Assembly: GCA_010015585.1 (NCBI GenBank)
Contig: ML975164.1
Length of the DNA stretch: 63,968 nt
Reading direction: 5' to 3' (one strand)
Origin: Eremomyces bilateralis CBS 781.70
Lineage: Eukaryota
The position numbers and the translations under genes are program-made. The stretch's first letter is position 1. Every line of letters starts with the position of its first letter. Positions 13,069-26,460 of the stretch are shown here, piece by piece. A model generated the notes under the pieces. That model did not search any database and was not told where the DNA came from. It saw only the letters and a list, made by a program, of their open reading frames with translations.

Positions 13069-14047
13069 GGTGTTGATTAGATCCGGAGAGGAGGAGACGT
13101 CAGTGTCCACCGAGGGAGTAGGAATGGCCAAATGGTTGGAAGGGTTGGAAGTGATAGAGTAGAAATGTCGATGTCAAAACAACAGGAACAGCGCGTCAAG
13201 TGACGGTCAAGTTGTGATGGCTGGAAACTTCCTCCATGTCATCTCCAAAGGGCTCGCGATTCCTTGTGACAGCGATGAAGCTGTTGGGAAGTCGGGTGAA
13301 CGTGAGCGTGAAGTGATAGGACGCGTCGTGAATGTAGGCAGGCGTCTTGGAGAGGTTATCGGCAGGATGACGGGCTGCTGATACAAATCGGGTGAATTGA
13401 GATGAACTTCCAAGCAACTGAATAAATAGGTGTGTGCGTGGATGTGTCAACGATGGAGGTGGACAGGTGATGATATAGTGGTGGTGGTAGTAGTAAAGTG
13501 AGATTCAGTTGGTGTAAATGGCGAGTGAAAGACGTTGATGTGCAGCCGTGGCGGCCAAAAGGGTCCAACGGTGAACGGTCAGCTCAAGTACACGCACACA
13601 CCCACAGACACGGATACAGCCGCCAAATCCAATTGTCGCTCGCTGGCCTTTGCTTCTGACGTGTCCGCGTGTTTACCAGACTCGATCTGTTTGAAGTTTG
13701 TGTGGGGAAATCAACATACAATTGAGTCTCCGGATCTTCCAGAGATATGGATTTCTGTTAATATGGATTTCTGATAATATTGATTTCGTTGTTGTGCACA
13801 TTATTGAACGTGACCAGAATGGAAGGTGTGGTGTCTCATTCGGTCACTATTTAGCTCTGCTGCGGACATTGCGAATGGTTTCACAGGCTGATCAATCGAC
13901 CTTCTGATTTAATTTTTATTATTAGTTACTAGTCTCGGAGATTGGGATTTCATGCATTCGTAATACTCTCTCGCGTTTCCGCAAGGAGACGGACAAATTG
14001 TGGTGTTGGCGCATGGGTGGGTGTTGGGGCCAGGGAAGGCGCGACGG

Positions 14048-14061
14048 ACGCGTTTGTTTAC
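14048..14061. promoter_or_regulatory. Adjacent MCB (ACGCGT) and forkhead-type (TGTTTAC) sites upstream of SWE1; second CGCGTGTTTAC at 13666-13676
   Basis: ACGCGTTTGTTTAC read directly from the sequence, with a similar composite about 380 bp nearer the gene. Function is inferred from yeast cell-cycle regulation. Confidence 0.4.
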
Positions 14062-14349
14062 ATTGGTGTCTGAGTCAGCGACCCCTCCGGTTCTGTGTCT
14101 GTGCTACAAATTATGATTCACTCATGTCTCACTGAACACCATGAGCCAACATGTCTAGGATATTACAATAGGTTATGCTACTATTGATTGGTATGATAAT
14201 GGAATAAGTATACATGGTCTCAGATAAGGAGCCTATCATTCCGTTAGCTTCGATATTCGCCTTTCCAGCTCCTTCGCAAAGAATAGTTCTCAAAGGATTC
14301 CCAGATACCACCCAATCCATCCAAGTACCAAGATCGATTCCAGCAACCC

Positions 14350-17300
14350 CTACTCCAACTTCAGCGACTCCTCCTGCAACACCCCATACAACTCCTCCAA
14401 ATCCCTCGCCACCTGCTCAATCTCCTTACTCACCTGCCCCGTCACTAATGCATACGCATAAAACAACTCGAAATCCTCCTCCCGCAACACCCCCTCCCCC
14501 CGCCGCTCGTTCCACACCCGATACAGCCGCGCCAGGAACCGATCCCGCGGATGCCCCAGATTCGGCATCGTGTCGTTCAGCGGGTACTCCAGTTTCATCG
14601 ACGACGCCAGCACGCTGAACAGGTGGCTGATGCGCTGCGAGAGGTGCGCGCGCTCCTCCGTCGTCGATTGGAGGACCGCCGCCTCGCCGCGCGACGCTTT
14701 GAGGTCTTTCGTGATCACCACTTTCATCGCGTAGAAGGCGTCGAGCATCCGCTCTGTGCTGTCGAGGAGGCGCGTGAAGGTTGCTTCGGGGAACGGACCG
14801 CGGAGCCCGAACTCGTGCGCCGCGGACGCCTTGAGCGCGTTGAGCCGGGCGAGATATCGTTTTAGATGTAGCACCTCGCGGATATCGAGATAGAACGACG
14901 CGGCTGCGGACGCGGCGGCAGAGGTAATAGTAATACCGTCCTCGCCCTCGACGAGCTGCAGGAGGGAGAGCGGGTCGCGTTTCCAGATGAGGCCCATGCG
15001 TAGCCAGAGGACGGCGACGCCGTCGACCATCTTGCGGCGGGCGGAGATGGCCCAGAAGAAGCGAGTGACGAGGATACCCCAGACGCAGCCGAGCATGACC
15101 GCCGTGGTACGGTGGAGGACAATCTCCCAGATCTCCGGGTTGATGCCGCCTTCGTCGTCGTCGTCTTCGTCTTCGTCTTGGATCGCGAGGCTGTAGGCGT
15201 AGAGCGCAGAGAGGTTGTAGGTGAGGAGGATGAAGCGGCCCATCGGACCTTTGCCGCGGCCGATGATGAGGTAGAAGCAGCCGCAGGATACTAGCCAACC
15301 TAAAATGGCGAGAACGAAGGGGTTCTCGTCGGCCACGATCCATGCGAGGGTGGCGAGAACCGCTCCCACGCAGGTGCCGATGAATCGATGGAGTCCCGTC
15401 GTGTTCGACGCTCCGATCGTCATCGAGCATACAAGCATGTATGACAGTAGCCCCCATTCTCCCCGGAAATGGGAGTAGAACGGCCGCGTGGTGGGGATGA
15501 ATGACCACATCGCGAAGAGAATGGCGCCAATGCCGACTTTCACGGCGAACTTGACGTCTTCCCGGGCGAGGAACGACAGTGTCTTCCAAACCGCGCCCGC
15601 AAACGACGATTTGATGTTATGCCACTCCAACCGACTTCGAAGCGTCCGCTTGGGTTTTCGTACTTGCTCGCTTGTCTGTGTAGGTCTCCGTTCCTGTTCG
15701 TTCCTCTCCTCCTCGGTAAGAAGCGGTTGCTGCTCCTCGTCCCCCAGCTCGTCTTTCGGACGGCGTCGGAACATCGACCAAAATCCCGGAATCAAAAGCC
15801 AGCTCCACGACCTTTGCGGCCCACCAACCATTTCCAGATGTTCCTGCAGCTCCTCGATCGCGTTTAGATACAACATCAGATCTTCCGCAAAGTCCTGCAG
15901 CGACGAGCTGAAGTACCCACAGCTCGCCGCAATCTCTTCCAGGTCCGCAGCCATCTCGGTCGACGACGCGATCGAGAGTCCCTTATTATCATAGATCCGA
16001 TCCAGCGCCTCCTTCCGCGCCTGCGCGAATAGGTCCATCGCATCCCGCAGACTGTCTTTGAAGTTATGGTCGATTTCGATCTCGTACGGCGGCGTGGTGC
16101 GGAAGGGAAGCTCGCGCAGGATCTCCTTCATGGTGAACGCGAGGGCCTTCATCGGCGGGCCGAGGTGGGCGATGAAGTAGGAGAAGATCTCAGGAGGGCC
16201 GGCGGGGACGGACAGCTCGGGGACGCGGCCATTACTGCCTTCGTGTGGCTCTTCGTCGATGACGGAGAGATCTCCGATAGATGAGAGGAGGGATGATGTC
16301 TCATTTCGGAAAGGAGATAGGAGTGGGGAGCCTATATCGGGCGATTTGTAGCCGGAATTATTGGTGAACTGATTGAGGAGAGCGAATTGGGTAGTGGTTG
16401 CTCCACGAAGACCACCTAGATCTTGGGCAAGTTGCTCGACACAGTTCATGAGTGTTACCATCAATTGATGCTCGGCCGCAGTTCCAAGGAGGTAGTGTTC
16501 GTAGGCTGAATCCTGGATGGTCGTGGTCATCTTGCTGAATGTCTTCTTGAACTGCGATGATGCAGCACCAAACGATGATTGCATCGTCGCCTCGTCTTCT
16601 CCGGACAGGAATGCCCTCGTGATCGTTCTCAACATATCTTCCAGCGAGTCGGTGGCCAAGACCAGTTGCTTACGCAATTCCGTCCGCGCGGAGCTCGGAG
16701 TGACCAACAAATTGATGGTGATTGACGCAGTGATGCCCATCAGCACCATTTTCAAAACCTGGAAAACCTTCTCGTAGGAGAACATCGCCGCTTGCACGGC
16801 GCCTTCTTTCGTCAGAACGGTGATAATCGCTAGCGACGTCAGCGAACAAGCGACGTTAACGAGCGGATTCCCCATCCTCTGTTTCAGCCAACCCACGAAC
16901 CCCAATCCACCACCGCAGAAGATGATAAGGACCAGGACATGTCCGAGGACCATCATATCCCTGTTCCCGAAGAACGCGGACACCGCCATGCTAGAGAACG
17001 AGATCATCGCCGCGTACAGGAACGCGATGAACGCCAGCATCGTGGCCTGGATCATGCTCCCCACCGATCGCGCCGGGTGGAAGTACACCGTGACCGTCGC
17101 CGCGATATGCTTCCCGTCGTTCTTCCCCAGGATCGCCGCGATGGGCGGGACGAAAGTGGCCATGCTGCCGAGCAGATATGCTAGGGAGCATTTCAGGATC
17201 CCTTGGCCGAGGGGGGATACGCATATCGACCATGTGTTCAGCAGGATATCATTAATACGAGACCAGGTGGACGGTGAACCACCGGAACTGGTCGGTGTCG

Positions 17301-17548
17301 ACCATGGATAACCGTTTTGTAACCCGGGTCCATCGTCAGGAGTCGGTTGAGGTGAAGGTGATTGAAGAGTAAAGACCCTTCTAACTCTTTCCCCCGTTCG
17401 AGGAAGGATCAAAGTAGCTTGACGGATCTGCAGGTCGTCAATAGGCTGTGGATGTAATTAAAGCAGTTCGCCGTCGGAATCCACGTACACTTGGTCGATG
17501 TATGCGTCGACGTTTGGGAGATCGACTCCCATTGGCAGAACGGTTCAT
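14350..17548 (-). CDS. FUSC-like / aromatic-acid-exporter (ArAE_2, Bre4-like) multi-pass membrane protein; probable intron 17446-17488
   Basis: ORF of more than 1020 aa with two TM clusters: KCSLAYLLGS..TVYFHPARSVGSM and FAVKVGIGA..RGEWGLLSYM..TIGAS..RFIGT. C-terminal FSVLASSMKLEYPL..YAYALVTGQ. A short first exon (MNRSANG..) joins in frame. Confidence 0.82.
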
Positions 17549-18000
17549 GACTCTTCGGCGCAGGACGGAGCGAAGTTTATGCCTTGCCGGGCAGCTGGCA
17601 GATTTAATACCACATATCACCTCGATCAAGTGCTTGAAAGACGGGTTTGGCAGATGTGATTCAACGCAGCGATGTAGGCAACCTGCTAGGCCCCTTCAAT
17701 CGCCAGCAGGAATCCGGGAATATCGGAAAAAAACAATTGGTACAGAATGATGAAGGAGTGGAAAGAAAACGTAAAATAGACAAATCAAATCTTCAAATCA
17801 TATGTAGGAGATTCATATTCAAACTCTGGAATCAAGTTCAATCCCGCAACCTCCGCATGCAGATGCTGGAATGCATTGCAAGTCCATGCATGGTGGTCAG
17901 CCTGGGCATGGGTGATGTGTGATGTCGTTGTTGACTGCGATTCAATTGCGTGTTGCATTGCAGTTGGATAGGCCAGGCACCAAGGCCGCAACGTCTAACA

Positions 18001-18053
18001 TCAAGGCGTCAAGGCGTCAAGGCGTCAAGGTATCAAGGCGTCAAGGCGTCAAG
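18001..18053. repeat. Tandem 8-bp repeat (TCAAGGCG) x about 6.5 upstream of RPL19
   Basis: tcaaggcg tcaaggcg tcaaggcg tcaaggta tcaaggcg tcaaggcg tcaag. Confidence 0.9.
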
Positions 18054-18182
18054 CCAAACGGCTTATTCGGCTAGCGCGCACCAGTCCACTCCGCCCACGA
18101 TGAAATCTACCTCAACATCTCGAAGACTTCATCCATCACTCAGCACCCTGCAAACCGTCACCGCGTCCGAAATACAGGCAAG

Positions 18183-19057
18183 ATGTAAGTTCCCCAACCA
18201 ATTCCATCAACTATGGCCTCTCCAGCGAGATACCCAAGTCTCCGATGCCCCAAAAACCGAAGCCCACTCCCCTCTCGAAACGCGAACACCCGAAAATCGA
18301 CTCTCCCCTCGCTTCAATGACCACACCGCTAACCCATCCTCCCCCACAGGACGAACCTTCGGACGCAGAAGCGCCTCGCCGCCACCGTCGTCGGCTGCGG
18401 CCAGCGCAAGATCTGGCTCGACCCCAACGAAGTCAGCGAGATCAGCAATGCCAACTCCCGCCAGACGATCCGCAAGCTGGTCGCCGACGGCCTCATCATC
18501 GAGAAGCCCGTCACCATGCACTCGCGGTCGCGCGCGAGGGCCCTGTCTGAGGCGAGGAGGATCGGTCGTCATCGAGGTTACGGAAAGAGGAAGGGTACTG
18601 CGGACGCGAGGATGCCCAGGTATGTCTTTCCCGATGAATATTGGGTTGTTGGAGGGGATGAAGTGGAGAAAGGATGGATGGCTAATGGTTGATCACAGTG
18701 CCGTTCTCTGGATGAGACGTCTCCGTGTCCTTCGTCGATTGCTCGTCAAGTACCGTGCCAGCGGGAAGATCGACAAGCACCTCTACCACGAGCTCTACCA
18801 CCTGAGCAAGGGTAACACCTTCAAGCACAAGCGTGCCCTCGTGGAGCACGTAAGTCATCATCGTATCAATACTTTTATTCAACTTGCTCACCCACGATTA
18901 GATCCACAAGGCCAAGGCCGAGGCCCACCGTGAGCGACTCCTCAAGGAGGAGATGGACGCCAAGAGGGCGAAGACCAAGGCGGCCCGGGAGCGAAGACAG
19001 GAGAGGATCGTGGAGAAGAGGAATGCGCTGATGGCTGATGAACCGGAGGAGAAGTAA
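18183..19057 (+). CDS. RPL19: 60S ribosomal protein L19 (eL19); introns 18185-18349, 18620-18698, 18850-18901
   Basis: Spliced product [104 protein letters not shown]. Confidence 0.97.
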
Positions 19058-20013
19058 GGAGAGCAAAATTCGTCACGGTACTTCTTACGTAGATGCGGTC
19101 ATTGAGCATAAGGCATGAGGCTTGCGTCTGGGACTCATAAATGGGTACATTCAATGGTGTTCACGTTGTCATTCTATCTGGAAAATTAAGGATTGCTCTT
19201 ATCAATTTCGAATGATCATCAAGTGAATCTGACGCCATCTACTCCGTACATTGCAACATCTTGCCATGTCTGACATCTGCTAACCTTGCCTTGATGTGCC
19301 TTCCGCCCGCAGCAGGATAAGACATAATGAAAGAACTGCTGTTGGATGAATTGGATACCGGAATAGGCTCACTTACCATCGTTGATAACCATAGAACGAT
19401 CTAACGAAAGTCGTCCGAAACCCGTCTTAGATACAGCAATGAAGCTCGAAATGGGCGTGGGTGAAAGGCGAGGCGAGGTCGCAGTTCGAGTCGTGGCAAG
19501 TATATATGTAGCAGGGCACCGGGCAGGGACGGATGTGAGCGAGGTGGGCGGCGCAGCGTGGGCGACGAATCGATGTTAACGTACGAAGTCACGAGGGAGG
19601 TCGATAGGGCGATAGGGCGAAGGGCGTGGAAAGAAGAAACTGAAAGCTTCACGATCGAATTCGGGCGAGGTAAGAATATCGGGGAACGGTGGATTGAAGT
19701 ACGTAGGGAGGATATTCGATACCGCGAACATGTAGTAACCGAAAGAGCTCGAGCCGACTCGTTCGCCGTCGAACTGTGGATTAATCAATTTGTTAAAACC
19801 CGAAGTTGCAACCTGACTTGAATCAGGGTCTGCTCAAATTAAGGAAATGAAAACCCGTCCCATCGATCCCGAACTTTTGATCCCGTGGAGTTCCTGTGAA
19901 CCCGTCCTTGAGCCATCGCTCCATCCATAAATAGGACTACGACAAGGCTAAAGGTGAGCAAGTCGGATTGGCAGAAACATTCCTGACTGAGACCACGCTG
20001 CGTCAACACACAT

Positions 20014-21030
20014 TTACTCGGCTGTGTCGAGGTCATCGTGCGCGGGGGGTGGGGACTCAACAGCTTCATCGACTGTTAGCATTAGAGAGTCCGCAAAAGG
20101 TTCCGTCCAATACTCACGCTTCCTATCATCTCCGTTGACGCCATTCTCGCGCTCGTCCTCACGGTCACGGACATCCTTCATGTCACGGTCGCCATCGATG
20201 GGGCTTCGGGATCGGTCACGGTCGCGGCGCTCGTAGTCACGCTCACGTCGATCGTCCTTGCGAGGGGAGAAGTCACCACCACGGGGACGGCGAGGAGAGA
20301 CGCTCCTGCCACCACGGCGGGGAGAGCGGTCACGGCGGGGAGGGCCACCGGAACGGTCTCCACGGTCTCCACCGGCGCCACGGTCTCCACCGGCGCCACG
20401 GTCTCCACGGTCGGCACCTTGACGGTCCCTTCCAGCTCCGGAATCGAATCGCCACGATGCGGAAGGAGGAGTGCGGGCCCACTGCCAACAATAAGCGCTT
20501 GCTAGTAAGACGGCATGGAGATGACTCACCTCGATCTTCAAGATATCGTCACGGCCGATGCGCTTGTTGTGCATCTCATGGTATGCGTCATCGGAATCGC
20601 GACGGTTCTCATACTCCACGAAAGCAAACCTAGCTGGGGATGAGTGGTTGAAGGCGGAAGGGACGACAGTGCCACTTACAGGCGGCTGGATGCAGATCGA
20701 GGAGCGGGGATGTCGCAGCGGACAAGACGTCCGTATCTTCGAGGGTTGTTAGAATCGAACCGGTCAATGTGCAATGGTGAGGTGCGTGGCGAGGGAACGA
20801 CCAAGGGGTATACGGTCGTCAGCCGTACATCGGCGCGTCGACCAGGTGTGATGAGCGCGATACATGATGGGGTATCTCGATCGACCGAAGAGGACGTGGT
20901 ATATGATATGATCGATCACCGCTGCGTGCTAAACGTACCGTTCGAATTCGTAGGCAAGATCGCGCGCGCGAGTCCCGTGGCCGAAGCCAGTGACATAGAG
21001 GGTGGTGCTGCCGCCGCCTGATCGAGACAT
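20014..21030 (-). CDS. srp1: SR-like splicing factor (single RRM + RS/RD domain, S. pombe Srp1-like); four introns
   Basis: MSRSGGGSTTLYVTGFGHGTRARDLAYEFER|YGRLVRCDIPAPR..|FAFVEYENRRDSDDAYHEMHNKRIG..IE|WARTPPSASWRFD, followed by RDRSPRR/RSRSP repeats. Confidence 0.88.
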
Positions 21031-21612
21031 GGCTGAGTGATGCGGGGTGTTTGAATCAAGTGAAATGGAAAGGTTAGTTTTAGATGGAGAAAAGGGTGAT
21101 GGTGCAGAAAGAGTTCTGTGGTGACAAACAGAAGGTTGAGTCTTGGGAAGCTGGAAGGAGATTCGACTTTGATGATGCAAAGTTTTGGCTGCGCATGGCA
21201 AGGGGAAGGTTGGAAAGTCCTGAGGCAGAAAGAGGTCACGTGGAATGAGGTGAATCATTTCATTAGTCATAACCGTCATCACTGTCACGTGCCTTGATGC
21301 CTTCCCTTCACTTCAGTTTTTGCCTGATCCGGCATCTGATTCCATTCATTATCACCGATAGATCCAACATCTGCTGAAAGATATTCAGAACTCTCTTCTT
21401 CTGGTTATCACCCTCCTTTGTGTCTTCCCCTCTAACTTCCTGGCCCTCTACCCTCCTCCCGAAATCATTTGTTCCCTGCAAATCCTTTGGATCAGTACAA
21501 TCGACCGTTGATTCATTCTCTGTGACGTCCCAACCAAGACGCGCCACTTCGAATCTGCAAGAACATTTGCCGGTGTACGGGCACTCGCAGGGTATCAAGC
21601 AACTCCGTCGAT

Positions 21613-23181
21613 ATGTCCATCGAAGTAGCGGTTGGATCTCCCCTTGCGGATGCGCTGCAGAATGCGGTTCAGCCAAAGCTGGTCGAAGTTGGATGGACGA
21701 CCGATGGACTCGATGATTCCGCCCTTTCCGAATACATCATTCTCATGCTCGCGAACGGCAAGTCTCAGGATCAAATCGCATCAGAGCTATCGAACGATTT
21801 GCTAGGGCTTGGACCGGAAGACCAAGGCGCGATCGATTTCTCCCGGTGGTTGTTCGAGCAAGTCCACCAACTCAGCTTGCAATTATCGCAACCCAACGCA
21901 CCGGAAGCGCAGGTCCCTCCGACGGCAGATGTTCAGCAATCAGAGGATCAGCAGCCGGCAGGCGAATCATCTGCTGATGCGATGATGATGGATGAAGGGA
22001 GTAGTATGCCAAACATGTATGTCCCCTCACCAAACCCATGCCACCTTTGCTAACCGTACAGACCTACCGGACCGAAAGCCATGCGCGAAGGGAACCAAAA
22101 ATCCCGCGACAAGCGAATGCTGGGCCATTTAAACAAGGCCATGGATCGAACATCAGATGCTGCGCTGCATCGGGTACGGGGTAATGGCTCCGGCAGCCGC
22201 GTCAACTCACATTCTCGCGAGCCACCGAAAGGTCCACGAAACAGCAATATCCGAAACCCTCTCAACGCAAACCCACGGATGGGCCAGAGCGGTGTTCAGC
22301 TTCCAATGGCCGGCGGTACGAACTTCGCGGAGCAACTCAACACTGGTATGGGCATGTCGCCACACCAGCAGATGGAATTGTACTCCATGTTCGAACAACA
22401 GGCACGGATGATGCAGCAGCTAGCGCAGCAGGTCGGCAATCCTCCAGGTGGCAACCAATTCTCCGGAAGAGGGCGAGGCCGAGGGAAGAATCTCTTCGAC
22501 CGAGTGGATCCAAAGCAACGACATGCGAACGGGAGACCCCAACATCGAGCTTCTCAGGATGTCTCGATGGGAGGCGACGCACAAGCCGATGGCACCACGC
22601 CCATGGACTCTGCACTGCCGCAGACGAGCCCCCGAGACCCGTCGCAGGTGATCTGCAAATTCAACCTGACATGCACGAAAGCCGACTGCATTTTCGCCCA
22701 TCAGTCTCCTGCCGCCCCCCCTGGGACGACCATCGACCTCGGCGACGAATGCCCTCACGGTGCTGCCTGCACCAACCACAAGTGCGTCGGCCGTCACCCC
22801 TCTCCCGCCCGCCGCTCCACCTACCAGTCCGACCAAGAGTGCATCTTCTGGCCCCACTGCACCAAGCCCAACTGCCCCTTCAAACACCCCGACATGCCCC
22901 TCTGCCGCAACGGCGCCGACTGCACCACTCCCAACTGCAAGTTCACCCACAAGTCCGTCATGTGCCGGTTCAACCCCTGCCTGAACCCGCAGTGCGTCTA
23001 CAAGCACGTCGACGGTCAGAAGAAGGCGACGTTCGGGGAGCATGTGTGGAAGGCCGGCGACGCGAAGAAGGAGCATGTCAGCGATCGAAAATTTGTGGCG
23101 GACGAGGGAGAGGAGGAGTTGATCATCCCGGCAGAGACGCAGCAGACGCCGGATACCGTCACGGAGGATACGATGACTTGA
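21613..23181 (+). CDS. NAB2: Nuclear poly(A)-binding protein Nab2 (N-terminal PWI-like domain + tandem CCCH zinc fingers); intron 22017-22061
   Basis: ALSEYIILMLANGKSQDQIASEL N-domain. Zinc fingers CKFNLTCTKADCIFAHQSP, CPHGAACTNHKCVGRHPSP, CIFWPHCTKPNCPFKH, CRNGADC..FTH, CRFNPCLNPQCVYKH. Confidence 0.9.
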
Positions 23182-23752
23182 TGAAGGATGGGCGGGATGC
23201 AAGGGGCCTGGTACCCTTCTGGCATAGAACCACAGGAGGATATGTCATGATATTGGGCTGGCAATGGATTGTGGGAATCGGGTTCTGCTTGTGCTCTTTC
23301 GGCATTCAAGCTAGGGGTCTCTCTGTACATTAGATATCGTGGGATTTTATGCCGGATGAATTGAAGGTAATGGCCTTGGTTAAGGCAGTTTCCCTTTGTT
23401 AATATCTGTCTCTCCGGATCATCGTGACCACCTGCCCTTCCATCGTGCTATTACCTATCTATCTGTGTCGCCATAATGCACTTGTTCAATAAATATATGT
23501 TTTAATGGTCTCCACAATCTCTTTCTATTTTCGAGCCTTAATTACTTCGGTTTCTCAACAGCTGGCGTGGTTCGGTTCACGGTTCCCTAACATCCGAAGA
23601 AACGCCGCTATGAATACCCATGTCCAAAATAGGCAGGAGGATAATTGAACGTCAACAAATGCTATGATCTAAAGAAATCAGCAGAGTCTGGCAAATAGGT
23701 ATAGACGGCCATACCATCTGGCCATTATTGATGTATTAATGGTTCCGTAAAG

Positions 23753-26460
23753 ATGTGGTCCCACAGCCGACATCTCTTCCACAAGAGATGTCTAGTACAA
23801 CGTCCCTTGGTGAGACGCTTAACCACCAACAATGCGTTCTTCCAAATATCGGATGAAGTCCGCAATGCAGTGAAATCAGATCAGCCCGTCGTGGCATTGG
23901 AATCGACTATCTACACCCATGGTCGGTCATAGGTCCTCAACGGAGGAGCAGCGAGCTGATAATATCTTCCAGGCTATCCTTTTCCCGAGAACGTTGCGCT
24001 GGCAGAAGAGTTGGAATCTGTTGTCCGAGACAATGGCTGTAAGAAACAATGGGATGCCGCTGTGTTCAAGCAAAGGTTTTCTAACAGCTTTCTCAAGGCG
24101 TCCCTGCTACCATTGGTATCGTAGACGGAGTTGCGAAGGTCGGAATGACCGCTGGAGATATCAATATCTTAGGTTCGTCAGTCGGTGACCCTCGTACGCT
24201 GAAGCTGTCGAGGAGAGACCTGTCGTATGCATGCGGAATGGTAACCAATTCCTACTTCTAATCCCCTATTAACATCTTATCTCCAAATGATCGTCTCTCA
24301 CACCGCCCTCTCCATTTAGCGTCTCGTGAACAAGTCATTCCACGGCGGCACCACCATCGCAAGCACCATGATCCTCGCGCACATGGCAGGCATCAAAGTC
24401 TTCGCCACCGGCGGTCTCGGCGGCGTCCATCGAGGCGCGGAAAATTCCATGGACATCTCCGCAGACCTCACCGAGCTGGGCCGCACACCCGTCGCGGTGG
24501 TCAGCAGCGGTAGCAAGAGCTTCTTGGATATCCCGAGGACCCTAGAATACCTCGAGACCGAGGGTGCTACGGTTGCTACTTTTGCGGACGGGAGGGCCGG
24601 GCCGGTGGAGTTCCCTGCGTTTTGGTCGAGGGATAGCGGCGTCAAGAGCCCGCTTACGATATATTCCGAGACGGAGGCTGCTGCTATAATTTGTGAGTGG
24701 CTACGAGTCAGTTTCAGTCCGAGTTCACCACTGATATTTGACAGATGCTCAATCATGCCTTGGGTTGAAGTCTGGCTTACTCTTCGCGAACCCGATTCCG
24801 GAGACGAGCGCGATACCAAAGTCGCAAATGGACCGAATTATCGAGAAGGCGATCGAGGAGGCGAATGCTGCTCATGCCTCAGGCAAGGACAACACCCCGT
24901 TTATCTTGTCAAAGATACGAGAGTTGTCCGGAGGGGCAAGTCTTCCTGCAAACCGCGCTTTGATTGTGTCCAATGTAAAACGTGGAAGCATCGTCGCAAG
25001 GGAATTGGCTCAACTCGAGCGGAGTGGTGGCATCAGCACCTCGAGGTGAGGAACTTTCATAGGATGAGATAATTTAAGATGAATTAAAGTTGACTGTACC
25101 CCTTCTTAGCGTTACTCTACCTTCGGCAGCCATTCCCAAGCTTCCCAGCTCAACTATTGAGCCTGTGACTCAAACGAGCCGCTCCGACCATCGAATATCC
25201 CCTGAACCAAAGCCAGCACCCCCTAGGGACATACTCGTCGCCGGTGCTCTAGCGATAGATTACTCTTGTGACTACGCCCCTTTTAACATTCCCAAGGACG
25301 GTGAAACAGACATCAGTCCTCACCTTCGAACTTCAAATCCCGCGCGGATCTCCCAGTCACTAGGTGGTGTCGCACACAACATCGCCTACGCTGCCCATCT
25401 CCTAGGATCCAGTGTTCGGCTCTGCTCTGCAGTAGGCGACGACTTACCTGGTCGAATGGCGGAAGACCATCTTAGACGAGAGAATATGGATTGTGCGCTG
25501 AATGTCCATCCCGGCGCGAGGAGCGCACAGTATATGGCGGTGAATGATGCTAATAAAGACTTATATGTCGCCATGGCTGATATGGCCATCCTTGAAACTG
25601 GGTCGCAGAGCTACAACGAAGCATCGAAGGAGTTTAAGGAGAAGTGGCTGCCCAAGTTGGACGCGACAAGACCAAAATGGTTGATCCTTGACGGGAACTG
25701 GCCGGCTCCAATGCTCCATCATTGGCTCTCAGCGGGCTCATCGAAAGGAGCGAAGATCGCCTTCGAACCGGTATCAGTTGCGAAGGCTGTTCGGCTCATA
25801 ACTGCCCTGACGAAACCCCCCGCCAAGTCTGCATCTCCGTCGAACTCAGAGAGCCCATTACTCCCGTTCCTCCCAAACCCTAGCCTCCATTTAATCACGC
25901 CCAACGCCTCCGAACTCCATGCTCTCCATTCCGCAGCCACATCTTCCGGACTGTTCGAGGATGCGCAATGGTTCTCAGTACTCGATTCCTTCAATCTCCC
26001 ATCAGTCGGATCCCAAGCTCGGCTAGGACGAGCTCTTGGACAAGCAGCAGAAGGCCTGATCTCGGAAGGAATCCCGCAGATGAGCATCCAAATGTTGCCG
26101 GTGTGTGAGACCATATTGACCACCCTTGGTCCCCGTGGAGTGTTACTGGCGACGACAATACCGGAAGGGGACCGACGACTGGATGACGAAGGGTTCGCGA
26201 AATATATCGTTGGACGGGTGCAGAATGGCCACGGTACCGGTGTAGGTGGGGTGTATATGAGACACTTTGCCCCATCTGAAGTCCTAGGACCTGAGGATCA
26301 GGTCAGTGTTAACGCTGCAGGAGATACTTTTACTGGCGCAGTTGTTGCAGGGCTGGTGGGTGGAAAGTCCATTGAAGATGCTATATACCTTGGATCACAA
26401 GCCGCGGCGCTGACTTTGAGGCATGTGGGAGGAGTTGGAGATTTAAAAACGCTTCGTTAG
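23753..26460 (+). CDS. Bifunctional pseudouridine-5'-phosphate glycosidase (IndA/PsuG) fused to a PfkB-family (pseudouridine) kinase; multiple introns
   Basis: PVVALESTIYTHG, GGTTIASTMILAH..FATGGLGGVHRG..DISADLTEL..KSFLDIPRTLEYLET and GKDNTPFIL mark PsuG. GGVAHNIA and the anion-hole motif SVNAAGDTFTG mark PfkB. Confidence 0.88.

Noticed and set aside
5573..13162. Many long overlapping antisense and alternative-frame ORFs over VAC7 and SWE1 (also over FUSC, NAB2, MFS)
   Set aside because: Shadow ORFs caused by high GC and skewed codon usage; low-complexity translations without motifs.
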